Shown: positions 23,659-35,619, numbered from the stretch's first letter. The stretch is 64,000 nt of DNA from Basidiobolus meristosporus CBS 931.73 (GCA_002104905.1 MCFE01000053.1:124001-188000), one strand, 5' to 3'. The notes: generated by a model from the letters alone, not told the origin. Numbers and translations: made by a program.

Positions 23659-25131
23659 CTACAAGGTGTAGACGAACTCTGGATGCCTATCCCCAGCCAG
23701 CTCCACTCCACCGTAATTCGTCACCTCCATTTCCACCTGCTCCGGCGTTAATTTGGAACGACGCCTATTCTCCCAAGTGAACACGGCTCTAAGCAAGACT
23801 ACCAATATTGTTTGCAGGCCAACATTACACACCGCGATGGTGTGACCATGCACGTATTTAGGTGGATCATAATAAATCTGGCCGCCGATTGCTCCACCTA
23901 TTGTACCGAATGACACTATGGCTGCGGACGCCACCGCTCGGCGAGTCAATCCGCCGAAGTTGTTGTTGAACCAGGCTATCTTGATCGAGACATTTGCGTA
24001 AACCCCCGCTGTCACGAGGACAGCCCCGAAATAGTGAATCCCAACCGCATCGTGATGGATGAGTAGCAGAAACAAGAAGCCTGCAACGGTAACTAGATTG
24101 ATGAAGACCATATGGAAGCTACGCTCTACAAAATGATCCGAACTGAAGCATAGCAGTATGGTCGCAACGAATGCCGCCATGTAGGGAGGAACGGTCATCA
24201 ATTGCGACTTGACCATGGACCAGTGGCCAAGGCCGTTCACTATGGAGGGCAGGAACAGCGTGACACCTTGGAGCGCTATAGTCCCTGTGATGTAGATGAG
24301 CATATACGCGTATGTTTTCCAATCTTTGAACACCGAGCCTACTTGCGCCCAAGACCAAGAATGATCATTTGCCACTCCAGCATCCGCAGCCAACCTGTAT
24401 ATTTCATACGCACGCTCATCATCGGTTAGAAACGTGGCAGTCTCGGGGGAGTCCGGAAGAAAGAGCCAGCAAAGGATGGCCAACATCACCGTGGGCAGGC
24501 CTTCGATCAAGAAGATGTTCTGCCAACCGGTGAGCGAGCTTCTGATTTGACTGATTCCGTAGGCAAGTATACCGCCGAACGCCCCTGCCAATGACGAAAA
24601 CGACCAGAAGAAGCCCAGCCGTACTGCCTGTTCTTTACGCGGGTACCACAAAGACATGTAATAGATGATCCCAGGGAATAGACCCGCTTCAAAGGCACCC
24701 AGAAGGAACCTGCAAACCGCCAATCCAACGAAATCCTTGATAGCCACCATACAGACGGCAACAGTTCCCCAGCAAAACATCAGGATGGCAATCCATTTGG
24801 AGGCCCTCCACCTTCTCAACACAATGTTCGAGGGGAGTTCAAATAGCACGTAACCAAAGAAAAATATCGACAAACACCATTGGTATTGGTGCTGGTCTAT
24901 GCCAATGTCTTGATCAAGCCCCGCAAGTTTGGCATTGGCGATATTCGATCTATCAAGGTACGAGAGCAGGTATATGATACACAAAATCGGCAAAAGCGTC
25001 AAGTCAAGTTTGCGGATAAGGCTCCTGTGTACACGTGCATGGTCTTCGTTCTTGCATTGAGCTTCCAAAGTGATGACTTCCTTAATGAACGGGTGTTCCT
25101 TCAGACCAGCAGGCTCGGCAGTATCGCCCAT
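23659..25131 (-). CDS. MFS transporter, Dal5/ACS family, intronless
   Basis: LIRKLDLTLLP, LSYLDRSNIANAKL, ELPSN, EAGLFPG, WYPRKEQAVR and C-terminal RHPEFVYTL. First ATG at 25131 (the ORF track starts at an upstream TTG). Confidence 0.93.
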   Translation of the reverse strand: MGDTAEPAGLKEHPFIKEVITLEAQCKNEDHARVHRSLIRKLDLTLLPILCIIYLLSYLDRSNIANAKLAGLDQDIGIDQHQYQWCLSIFFFGYVLFELPSNIVLRRWRASKWIAILMFCWGTVAVCMVAIKDFVGLAVCRFLLGAFEAGLFPGIIYYMSLWYPRKEQAVRLGFFWSFSSLAGAFGGILAYGISQIRSSLTGWQNIFLIEGLPTVMLAILCWLFLPDSPETATFLTDDERAYEIYRLAADAGVANDHSWSWAQVGSVFKDWKTYAYMLIYITGTIALQGVTLFLPSIVNGLGHWSMVKSQLMTVPPYMAAFVATILLCFSSDHFVERSFHMVFINLVTVAGFLFLLLIHHDAVGIHYFGAVLVTAGVYANVSIKIAWFNNNFGGLTRRAVASAAIVSFGTIGGAIGGQIYYDPPKYVHGHTIAVCNVGLQTILVVLLRAVFTWENRRRSKLTPEQVEMEVTNYGGVELAGDRHPEFVYTL

Positions 25132-25516
25132 GTGGGAAGTTACAGTTGACGGGATTACCCAAGAGCCAGTCAGCTTGGTATCAAGCAATGCTATGTGACT
25201 GAAGTTTTATACTGGCTCTCCTCCGCATAGGGAATTCCTTCAGAAAGTTCCAAGGATAAATACAATCTCATTAATGCACGAGAACTTCGCCTTTATATAC
25301 GTCACCATGTATTATTTGCATGATGAGAGATTGTGAAAATCCGACAAATAGACACACCATGGCATGGTGGTGGTTTCTTGCCAACATACTGATAATGTGA
25401 TCATTGCGGAAGTATTGCTGAGCATCAACAATACCACCAAGTCTATTTATACAAGTTTACAGAGAAGTGTGTACAGGGGTAAAGAACAAATACGAATAAA
25501 GGGAGAGGGGGTCTAT

Positions 25517-26925
25517 TCACGAAATCCACAGATACTGCGACCTGACTTGAGCTCCAGTAACATTGTGCCTCAAATGGGCAAACTCCAAATGATCCTTGAA
25601 CACAAGCAACCAGTTCTCCATGGATTCTCGGGACTCCGCAACAAGATACATTTTGATTTGAATGTCCATGTTGTCATACAGGTCCCACTCGGGGAATTCT
25701 TTTGGATTTACCACTTCCGAAGAAAACGTCAATTCAAAAGTATTCATCCCCATGTTGATGATATCAGAGCGTGTGAACGATACATTGGTAAGGTGACCCA
25801 AATCAATGCTACCGATATGCGGCTGCTCCTAAAACCAATCTGTTAGGTAGTGCTAGGAATGGATAGAGTAGTGATACTTACCTTGGCGTTTTCGTGTGAA
25901 TACAATAACAGTTTGCGATCTTTAAATACCACATAATACTTGCTCCATGTTTGCTGTAAGTGGAAAGTGTTAGAGGTTGATCGTAGAGCATTTGACAAAG
26001 CAGGTCCTACCGAGTAGATGCCTGTCCGGGTGAAGATTTTCAAGTAATCCTCATATATGACGCACTGGAGCGATTCCTTGACTGATCTCTCTTTCAAGTT
26101 CCCTTTGTATTCGGGTATCCATTGGGGCTTCCCGATCATCATCACACCAATTTCCAAAGTGAGTAATGCGTGGTGCAGAGTGTTATTCTTCTCCAAAGAT
26201 ATGCTGTGTGTAACGAGCCGCTTCTCAGCTTTTTCAAGCGGAAATCGAAGGTCCAGGGTCCCAATGGTGTACGGGTCCTTTTCACGGCCTTGGATTCTCC
26301 GCAGCAGCTTTCGCGGGCTTAAAATACTGGGCTTCTTTACTAGATTGTGGGAGGCTTGTGCGATTGCAGTGATTTGTATGGTGAAGTCCGACACAACGTC
26401 GAATAGGAAGATCTCGTCAAATGATAATGTGTACGAAGTGTCTCCCTGGTGTTGTGGTGTGACAGTAGAGGTAGAACATTCTTGGCCACCAACTTTTAAT
26501 GCAAAGCGTACATCGTAAGATTTCTTCACACTATTGTACTGCAATTGGTGAACTCGTACATAAAGTACACCGCATTCTCCAGGTTGAGGAGGTTTGCGAA
26601 TCGATTTGAACAGGCACGAAGGTACCGAGGATCGACGCGTTCTCCTTCTAGGGCCGTTGGCGTGTTTCGTATGATTTTCATCCTGCTTCTCGATCTTGGG
26701 TTTGGTGCTGATCACCTCTTTGGATCGATCATACACCCAATCCGAAACGGCAGGTTCCAGGTCAGGACCCCGTTTTCTAGCACAATAAAAACTTTTCGCT
26801 CTCTGAGGGGGGACTTGGGCCGAGGGTATAGTGAATTCGCGTTTGGGTGAAGCCAAAAAGTCCGAGCGCTGTTTCTTTGGGGATGGGCTCATACGCTCAT
26901 GAATGGTCTTTAGGCGCTTCAACAT
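25517..26925 (-). CDS. Protein with a C2-like domain and a C-terminal PH domain (anillin/Bud4-like architecture)
   Basis: GVLYVRVHQL...FDEIFLFDV beta-sandwich-like segment. PH-like YEDYLKIF...WSKYYVVFKDRKLLLY...YLVAESRESMENW. Introns near 25820-25880 and 25960-26010. The family call is from architecture only. Confidence 0.55.
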
Positions 26926-27341
26926 CTGAGCAGTGGAATACTAATGTGAGGCCAACGTGCTTGTAACTAGTGGCGAGATAAGATCAGAAACACTTGTAAC
27001 TAGTGGTGATGGGCTTGGGATCGGTTCTTTTCGAACAGGCCAGGGCTTTATATTGGTTGGGTTTGTTTACCTCAAAGGTTTGATGTCCCAGCCCAATTAA
27101 GACACGCCCCGATAAAACTCGCTGTGCGCATGCTGAAATGGACAAAAACAGAGACCTTGGGATGGTAAACAAAGAGAAATTTAGATTCTGCCAAATGATT
27201 GGTGCAGCCTCTTGGAGTCAGTATATTTAGACTTCATTACGCAAATTGATTGGAGTGCCGTCAAAGGGACACTCTTCACTCGACGTGGTTTCAAAGTTGT
27301 TTATTAATTAGAACATGCTCGTTTGTGTTGAGTCCTTTGAC

Positions 27342-28504
27342 TTATCGCTTTTGTGCGATAACATACCAATTGTCCCGGTCGTAGCCGGATTCCAAGATGT
27401 CTGCCTCATTGGTACTACACACCAAATCATCGAGCTCGTGCTCACGGAAGAGGTGATAGTATCTTTCAACAAACACACGGGATTTAGTGAACGGCCTAGA
27501 TGAATTGTTCATGTGCTTGCATACCTGTTCAAAACAATCTCCTCCTGATCTTGCTCGGAAATATTGTTCTCTTCACGATACTTCTTGGCTAATTCGGTGG
27601 GCAATGCCCAGGGAACATATACGTCCTGATGATTTTGATCAAATTTACGCTTGCCCTGCGAGAATGCATTAGAACATGCCTTCTAAGATCATAGCATTGA
27701 TCACCGTCTACCTGTTGCTCCAGTGCCCATACGAAGATCAAGATCTTGCCCGACTTCTTAGTAATTCGGAGGATTTCCTGATTCCTACCGCGTTAGCCTT
27801 TGTTGCTTTCCACGTCTGTTGTTTCAATATACCTTGATGGCTGCTATCCGTCTTTCGGGGGTGGTAAAGTGATGAATCACCGCAATTGATATGGCATAGT
27901 CCTATGGGGAGGGGGGTCAAGGTACAAAACTATATGGGCTTGGTTGACAAGGAACGTTGTGTCATACAAAAAAGATACAAAGCACTCCTTTCTGTAAGGG
28001 AGACTAAGATTATCGCAGACCATTGCCTCCAGGCCTCGCTCACCACAGATCTTGATCAGATTAGAACTCCTATAAGACAAGACATTAATTTCTCTGGCAT
28101 ACCTAACAGGTGGCGGTCACAAAAACCACCCATTCAAACAATATTCCGCTACCTGTCAGAACCAATGGTGAATACATTTTTGTTGACACCGAGATATTTT
28201 CCATTGCCACAACCAACATCAGCACCAACATCTCCGGTGGGAATAGATAGCATGAATTTCTCAACAACAGGCCAAGGCTATCCTCAATAATAACAACAAT
28301 AGTGGCTGGTTAAAATGACGCTTATTCTACTGTTTATACTATCTCCAATGAAGATGAGCTATAGAAGCCTGTAATATCAACCTTGTACCGTGTTTGACTA
28401 AAGTGGGGAGCGATCACCTCGTATACATCGTGAACATGTTGCTCCTCCTCTTTTGCAGAGTTTTGACTTAAATCTTGAACGATCGGTATGTTTGGCTTTG
28501 GCAT
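27342..28504 (-). CDS. TRM9: tRNA wobble-uridine (mcm5U) methyltransferase Trm9, multi-exon
   Basis: Spliced: EEQHVHDVYEVIAPHFSQTRYKPWPVV...GADVGCGNGKYLGVN...AISIAVIHHF...LIFVWALEQ...QDVYVPW...RYYHLF...DNWYVIAQKR*. Confidence 0.92.
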
Positions 28505-28900
28505 CTTGTTGGTGTAAGAGGTCACCCACTAGCTAATATGCGAGTCGTTCTAGAACTTGGTAGTCTAGAATGCAATTCCAATCATTTTTTTTGTCCCAAA
28601 CCCCTTTTTTTCGAAAGAAAATGCACATTCTGCTTATTTCCAACCAATTTAATCAGATTCGAGGGTGGATCTCCTAAGAGTACCTGGATTCGCCGATTCA
28701 TTGGGATTTCTTGACAGCTGCATGGCTCTTCCAATGGGTGAACATTTGGACAACATTGGACTTGAGTTCTAGATTCGTTCTAAATGTAAACGCTCCGAGA
28801 AATCGATATTTATTTGGTTCGGCTCATCATATTCAACAATATAGTCGCTTTTCAGAGGTTGTCTTTGGTAGCCTACGCTCCATAGTTTATTTTGTGTGAT
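28505..28900. promoter_or_regulatory. Putative bidirectional promoter between TRM9 and ALKBH1
   Basis: Only 396 nt separate the two divergent ATGs. Contains T-tracts. Confidence 0.55.
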
Positions 28901-30199
28901 ATGGTCAGCAATCTAGCCTCCAACAACCCCACTGCTGGCAAGTTCAGGTCCAAGAGGCAGGAAAAATTGGCCTTGAAGAATGCCCAGAGTAACAAATCTT
29001 TTGTTAACCAAACGGCCTTTCGAACTGCCGAGCGTGCCTATCGTACTCGTATACCACCACCGGACTTTACCAATGTGATCGATTTTGCAAACCTTGAGAG
29101 AAATACCCAGGAGAACCTAGACAGAATGGTGAAAGTGGAGCTTAAACACGACCTTGCCGCATTGTCACCTCTATTTGGGGAAAGCAAGGGAAACGAGGCT
29201 AAAGTGGGTTATACACTAAAAGACTTCCCTGGTAAACGTCTATTCAACTTGCTCACACTGGCAGTTCTGTATTTTCTAAAACCCTTTTGGCTTGCGACAG
29301 GTGTCGTCATTATACCTCGAGCTTTCTCTCCAGATGCACAAAAGGATATTATCAAGAGCTGCCTTCGTAATCACGCTAAACACCCCAACCTTTCAAACTT
29401 GGATGCTCACTACGAAGTACCCGATGATGGTATCTGGAGTCTACACGAAAAAGTATTCAAAGGAGAGCTTTCGGAGGATGATCCTAGTTGTGTAGTCCCT
29501 CTCAAAGCCAACAAAGACGACGACGAGGATATCGGTGCTTACTCAAATACCCCCAAGGATTCTCACCTAGCTGAACTTCCACCCTCACAGTTGATCCGCC
29601 GCCTCCGATGGATTACATGCGGATACCAGTACAATTGGCTGGAGAAGAAGTATGCACTGGACAAACGGTTTCCATTCCCCGAGGACATTAGCGATATCGC
29701 CATATCAGTGGCTAAAGCCATTGAAGGTGTAGGACACATCGAAGCCGATGGGAGTGGATATGTAAATCGATACGAGGGAGACAAGTACAAACCGGAAGCC
29801 GGTGTCATCAACTACTATCAATTGAAAGATAGCCTGATGGCACATGTGGATAAGAGCGAGATTAATATGGATGCCCCCTTGATTTCTTTCAGGTAAAACC
29901 GGACTGAATGCCTCACACAACGTGCCTTCATCTGACTCTCTTACAGTCTAGGGCAGTCTTGCATTTATTTACTGGGTGGGGCAACAAGAGACGTTCCTCC
30001 GGTCGCCATCTATCTACGAAGCGGTGATATGATGGCCATGTGCGGCCCTTGTAGAGCAGCATTTCACGGTGTTCCACGCATTCTTGAAGGCACCCTCCCT
30101 GACCACCTGAAGCCCAATCCTGAGGACCCGGACTGGGATATCTACGCGGACTTTGTGAACGAGGCTCGAATCAACGTGAATATCCGTCAAGTGTTCTGA
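28901..30199 (+). CDS. ALKBH1: AlkB-family Fe(II)/2-oxoglutarate dioxygenase, ALKBH1 type, 3 exons
   Basis: LRWITCGYQYNW, PEAGVINYY, AHVD (HxD), PLISFSLGQSCIYLLGG, AFHGVPRI and RINVNIRQV* motifs. Introns at ~29232-29300 and ~29893-29946. Confidence 0.92.
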
Positions 30200-30336
30200 A
30201 TGTACATTAAAATATGGGTGATGGCCATAGAGTTTTGGAAATAGAATAGAATAGATTATTCAAAATCGTTTAATTAAATTAGGTTGGTTCAAAATTGCTC
30301 TCCCCTACTACCAATACTGAGCAGGTTGGGTGACTA

Positions 30337-31040
30337 TTAATTGATACATGACATCAAAAATGCGGGCATCAGCGCGACCAGAACGGATGCACCGAAGTTC
30401 GCGCTAGCGCCGTTGACCGAGATTGGAACTTTTCCGGCGGTATCTGGGTTACTTGCCACGTTCGCAACAGGAGTGGAGGATGGTGTGGGGGTTGCGTCAG
30501 ATTTGCTTGTGGCCTTGGATACAGCGGAGGGAACGATAGCTGTTTCCTTAGGTGCTGGAACGTTAGAGGTACTGGTGACCTCGATGTTATTGATGGAAAA
30601 AGATTTGTCGTTGGCTTTGGAACCCTCGACGTCGAAGAAATGGGAGTAGAATACATCGCTACCAGAGCCGATACGAACGGCATACTGAGCACCAGAAGGG
30701 ATAGTGTTGGGAACGGTCCATTGATATGGACCCGATTTGTTGGTAAGTCCTTTTGCCACAACACTGACCTCCTGTAAATTGTCAGCTTTACCAGACATTA
30801 AAGTGATGTCGAACTTGGTGGGGGTGGTAGTTTGATTATTCTCTAACCTGTGATGATGACACTTAACGTACTGGACTGGTTTCATTGATCTGAGTGAATG
30901 ACTTACCAATTAATAGTGACCTTGGTCCCAGATACCCACTTGGTTCCATCAATTGGCTGGGTAATGTAAAAGCCACCTAGGGCGGAACTGGCCAAAAAAG
31001 CGACAGAACTTAGGAAAGTGAGACCGTTCAGGAGAAGCAT
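30337..31040 (-). CDS. Kre9/Knh1-like Ser/Thr-rich GPI protein 2a, 2 exons
   Basis: MLLLNGLTFLSSVAFLASSALGGFYITQPIDGTKWVSGTKVTINW, intron, then FDITLMSG...GPYQWTVP...QYAVRIG...YSHFFDV. Ends SVNGASANFGASVLVALMPAFLMSCIN*. Confidence 0.88.
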
Positions 31041-31917
31041 TAAAGAAATAAGAAGATAAGCTTAATGGCACTGGTTACGTCGCATGAGGATTATATATAG
31101 ATCTTCGAAAGGCCAATCCTTGAAAACAAACCATAAATGTAGCGTAGCGAGTACAAGAAGAATTCTAGAGTAATGTATTTCATCATCTTTCAATAAGCAT
31201 TTGACCTTTTTGATGTGGCTGGCAGCTCGAATCAGCCCTTACATTAATTATACAGTAAGTGCCCAGCATAAAGTCCACTTTCGTCCCTCCCAGATGACGG
31301 CCATTAACATGTACAACATAAGCATTTGGCTACTTGTTACAGACAACCATTGGCTCACCATGTCATGGTGTATTATGAGTTGTGTACCGGTGGCCACCAA
31401 TGATGGCCATTTTCTCTAATTAAATGTATCTATCCCTTGATTGTTGCATCTGGCTTGAGAATTCGGCATGGAGTCTAATTTAAACCAAATTTATGCTTGA
31501 TATGAACCTTCGGGCTTAGATTACTGGACTTGATGGTTACCAGGGACCGTCCAGATGGAATCGAAATAATTTGCTTCAATCGATTATGTTGAAACCGAAG
31601 TACCAAAAACAGTTTAGTGAAAAGGGAAAACTCGTTATTACAAGTAACGAATTCAAATCCGTACCAAAATTTGTACATAATTAAATTTGTACCATGCAAT
31701 TAAGCTAGTACTATTTCATAACAACTTACTTGATACCGTATCACAGTAGTTTGTTATGGAAAGGTTGGACATGGGAGATGACTACGAGATAAATATCTGA
31801 ATCAGTCAGTACGCTACACACATGTATTTTCGAGGAGCTGACAGTATAAAACTAAAGCGATATCAACACGAAGTACTCAGCTTCCTCTCCAACATAGCCT
31901 AGATTCCTTTCAACACA

Positions 31918-32733
31918 ATGTTCTCAAAGACCCTCGCATCTGTCGCCGCTGTCGCTTTGTTGGCCGCCTCTGCCAGCGCTGATTACTCCATCGTTGAGCC
32001 TGTCGAAGGTACCAAGTGGGTTGCTGGAGAGACTGTTACCATCAGATGGTGAGTACATGACCACTATTGCATGAGCTGAAGCATTATTGTTTTCCATCAC
32101 ATTCTAGTTCATCATCCTAACATATCTTTTATCAGGGTTGAGGTTGCTGGAACTCCTACCCCCGAGAAACTCAGCCTTGCCTTGATGGTCGGTGAGCCCA
32201 CCCAACTTCAAGTCAGCCAAGTTATTGCCGATGTTGACTCCAAGGCCGGATCCTACAAGTGGACTGTTCCCAGCACTGTCCAACCCAGTGCTCAATACGC
32301 TGTCCGTGCCGGTAGCGGTGATGCCGTCAAGTACTCTCACTACTTCGATGTTGAGGGTGACAATGTCAGTGTTGCTGCTGTCCAATCCTCTACTGATTCC
32401 GCTGTTGAGTCATCCACTCCCAGCAGTACCGCAGCCATCCCAGTTGCTTCCAGCAACGCTACTTCAGTAGCCTCTTCTGCTACTCCTGCTTCCAACTCCA
32501 CTACCATTGCCAGCACCAGCCTTGTTAGCCCTACCTCTAGCATCGCCTCGTCTATCACTTCTTCCGGTGCTTCTTCCAAGCCCACCAGTGCCGCCACTAG
32601 CGCTCCAAGCAAGGTTAGCTCACAAGCCACTCCTTCTCCCAGCAAGACCCCCGCCAGTGCTGGTAGCAACCTTGCCATCTCCGCCATCTCTGCATTGATC
32701 CCCGCTGCCTTGGTTGCTTACATGCGCCAATAG
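31918..32733 (+). CDS. Kre9/Knh1-like Ser/Thr-rich GPI protein 2b, 2 exons
   Basis: MFSKTLASVAAVALLAASASADYSIVEPVEGTKWVAGETVTIRW, intron 32049-32135, then GSYKWTVP...QYAVRAG...YSHYFDV, a Ser/Thr stalk and SAGSNLAISAISALIPAALVAYMRQ*. Confidence 0.9.
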
Positions 32734-33466
32734 AGGGAATCTGGCCAACATTATAGTAGTAGTAGTTTGCGCAATGGCATCAGCAATCAGTGTTCATCGC
32801 AGTTGGCAAGCCATCAAAAGCATAATAATAATGTATTAGCTCGCATGAATCAGAGTATTCGTATTATTATAATTATTAATCAGCCCTATACCCAATAAAA
32901 TGAAACTTGTTCAGTTGGTACTACTGTGTAGCAACAACGACAAGAAGCAAGAATCACCAAGCGTTTATTCGATTATATTGGATATTGCGAATTCCAGCCT
33001 TTATGGCCGAATGTGTTCGCCATTCGAATGGTGGATGGAATTCCGATAGTAACGCCGAGGTCGTTGCACCTGGACAAATAGTTGGCCGGTTAGGCATTGT
33101 CATACAGGGCATTGCGGGATTTTTGTTTAGGTCGAAGTCGGAGATATTCCTGGCACGATATCCCGGCTCCGGTTGGGTGAAGATTGGCTCTGGGTGGTGG
33201 GAAGGTATCCGATTTTCGCTTGGTTAAAGATTATCAGAAAATTTGACTTCATCATACTTGCTACTCAGTAGGACCCCAGCTGGAGAGGTTTTATTATAAC
33301 GGGTATAGGGCTGATTAATAATTATAATAATACGAATACTCTGATTCATGCGAGCTAATACATTATTATTATGCTTTTGATGGCTTGCCAACTGCGATGA
33401 ACACTGATTGCTGATGCCATTGCGCAAACTACTACTACTACTACTATAATGTTGGCCAGATTCCCT

Positions 33467-34306
33467 CTATTGGCGCATGTAAGCAACCAAGGCAGCGGGG
33501 ATCAATGCAGAGATGGCGGAGATGGCAAGGTTGCTACCAGCACTGGCGGGGGTCTTGCTGGGAGAAGGAGTGGCTGGTGGGCTAACCTTGCTTGGAGCGC
33601 TAGTGGCGGCACTGGTGGGCTTGGAAGAAGCACCGGAAGAAATGATAGACGAGGCGATGCTAGAGGTAGGGCTAACAAGGCTGGTGCTGGCGATGGTAGT
33701 GGAGTTGGAAGCAGGAGTAGCAGAAGAGGCTACTGAAGTAGCATTGCTAGAGGCAATTGGGGTAACCAAGGTACCAGATTTGCTAGCATTGGTGGCTACA
33801 GTTCAGTGGTTTGGGAACCGCTAGCAGATGAGCTAGCTCCAGGGACTTTGCCACCCTCAACATCGAAGTAGTGAGAGTACTTGACGGCATCACCGGTACC
33901 AGCACGGACAGCGTATTGAGCACCGGGTTGGACAGTGCTGGGAACAGTCCACTTGTAGGATCCGGCCTTGGAGTCAACATCGGCAATAACTTGGCTGACT
34001 TGAAGTCGGGTTGCCTCACCAGCCATCAAGGCAAGGCTGAGTTTCTCGGGGGTAGGAGTTCCAGGAATCTCAATCCTATTCAAAGACATGTTAGAATAAC
34101 GTACCGTATGAGATGGAACAACAGTGATAGAAAACAATAATGCTTCAGCTCATGCAATAGTGGTCATGTACTCACCATCTGATGGTAACAGTCTCTCCAG
34201 CAACCCACTTGGTACCTTCGACAGGCTCAACGATGGAGTAATCAGCGCTGGCAGAGGCGGCCAACAAAGCGACAGCGGCGACAGATGCGAGGGTCTTTGA
34301 GAACAT
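33467..34306 (-). CDS. Kre9/Knh1-like protein 2c, inverted copy of 2b with an apparent -1 frameshift at ~33802
   Basis: Same exon 1 and intron donor as 2b. ACTGAACTGTAG gives a stop after the domain; one added A restores TETVATNASK... and the identical GPI-type tail. Confidence 0.8.
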
Positions 34307-35014
34307 TGTGTTGAAAGGAATCTAGGCTATGTTGGAGAGGAAGCTGAGTACTTCGTGTTGATATCGCTTTAGTTTTATACTGTCAGCTCCTCGGAAATAC
34401 GTGTATATTGCATGCATTCGGATCAACCAAAAATCCCAAGGAAAATACCGCTCAACGCAAAATAAGGAATGGGGCTGTGGTACGAATTTTATGAATCCGA
34501 ATAAACAAGCGCTTGGGGTAGCACAATCCTCAGCAAATACAACAATTGATTCGAAGGCCCACCATTATAAGAAATGATTAATCCTGTGTTTTAGTTACTG
34601 AGGCCAACTGCAGAAGGAAGTTTACTCGTAATACACAATATCATTGCCAAGTATTTTCAGGAACCGGTCAGGTATAGATTCACAAAAATAGTAGGCTGTT
34701 GGCCGTTTTCGAGGGGAGACCAAATTGGGAAGTGGGATCATTTTATATTTCTTCTATTCCAAGTAATATATATTCCAACCAGTATCATGCCGATGCACCT
34801 AAAGGAATTGGCACTAAGCAAGCTTATCTCGCGCGTTTTTCGGACTTGATTAATGGATTTCTATATGCTTGTGACACTGGGTGGATTCTGACCACTCGTG
34901 GTTCACAATCGATCGTTTATGAAGTTACTAACTATGATAGGTCACTCTGGATTTTTTTGATTGGCATCTCGCATAGACTATACTACTGGGCATGTTACGC
35001 ATCATCATTCTGTG

Positions 35015-35619
35015 ATGTTGAAGATGTCAACCATTACTAGTAAGCTAGTTTTCGCTGCCCGTCGTAATGCCAGCTCATTATCAGCTAGGTATATGAGCAC
35101 CAAGCCGACCAGAGTCCACACAGAGAATGCGCCCGCAGCAATCGGACCGTACTGTAAGTTTCGTCTAGTGTTCAATTGCAAATGAACGTAGGTTACACCA
35201 AAGCCTCACCTCTTGCAAAACAACAGCTCAAGCGATGACCGCCAACGGTTTTATATTCGTGTCTGGACAACTTCCCGTCAATCCAAAGTCGGGTAGCATC
35301 GAATCGGATAACGTCAAGGACCAAACCGTAAGTAGACAACAGATCTTCCGCGTTTTTGCTTATGTTAAATCTAATGCTTTACCAGCGCCAATCACTCAAC
35401 AACGTTCGAGCGATATTGGAAGAAGCAGGTGCGGATTTTAGCCAAGTCCTGAAAACCACCGTCTTCCTGAAGAATATGGGTGATTTTGCCTCTATGAACG
35501 AAGTGTATGCGGAGCTCATGGGTGACGCACGCCCAGCCAGAGCCGCCGTGGAAGTTGCACGTCTACCAAAAGACGCGCTGGTTGAGATTGAATGTGTTGC
35601 AGTAGTCAGCAAACAATGA
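35015..35619 (+). CDS. ridA: RidA/Mmf1 (YjgF/YER057c/UK114) imine deaminase with mitochondrial presequence, 3 exons
   Basis: [11 protein letters not shown]...FVSGQLP...[20 protein letters not shown]...[23 protein letters not shown]. Basic N-terminal extension. Confidence 0.93.

Larger units (their letters stand above)
31826..34400. repeat. Long inverted repeat IR2 (arms ~31826-32893 and ~33301-34400, spacer ~407 bp)
   Basis: Promoter, exon 1, tail-coding region and ~160 bp of 3' flank are reverse-complement near-identical. The 3' part of the intron and the linker are diverged. Confidence 0.93.
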
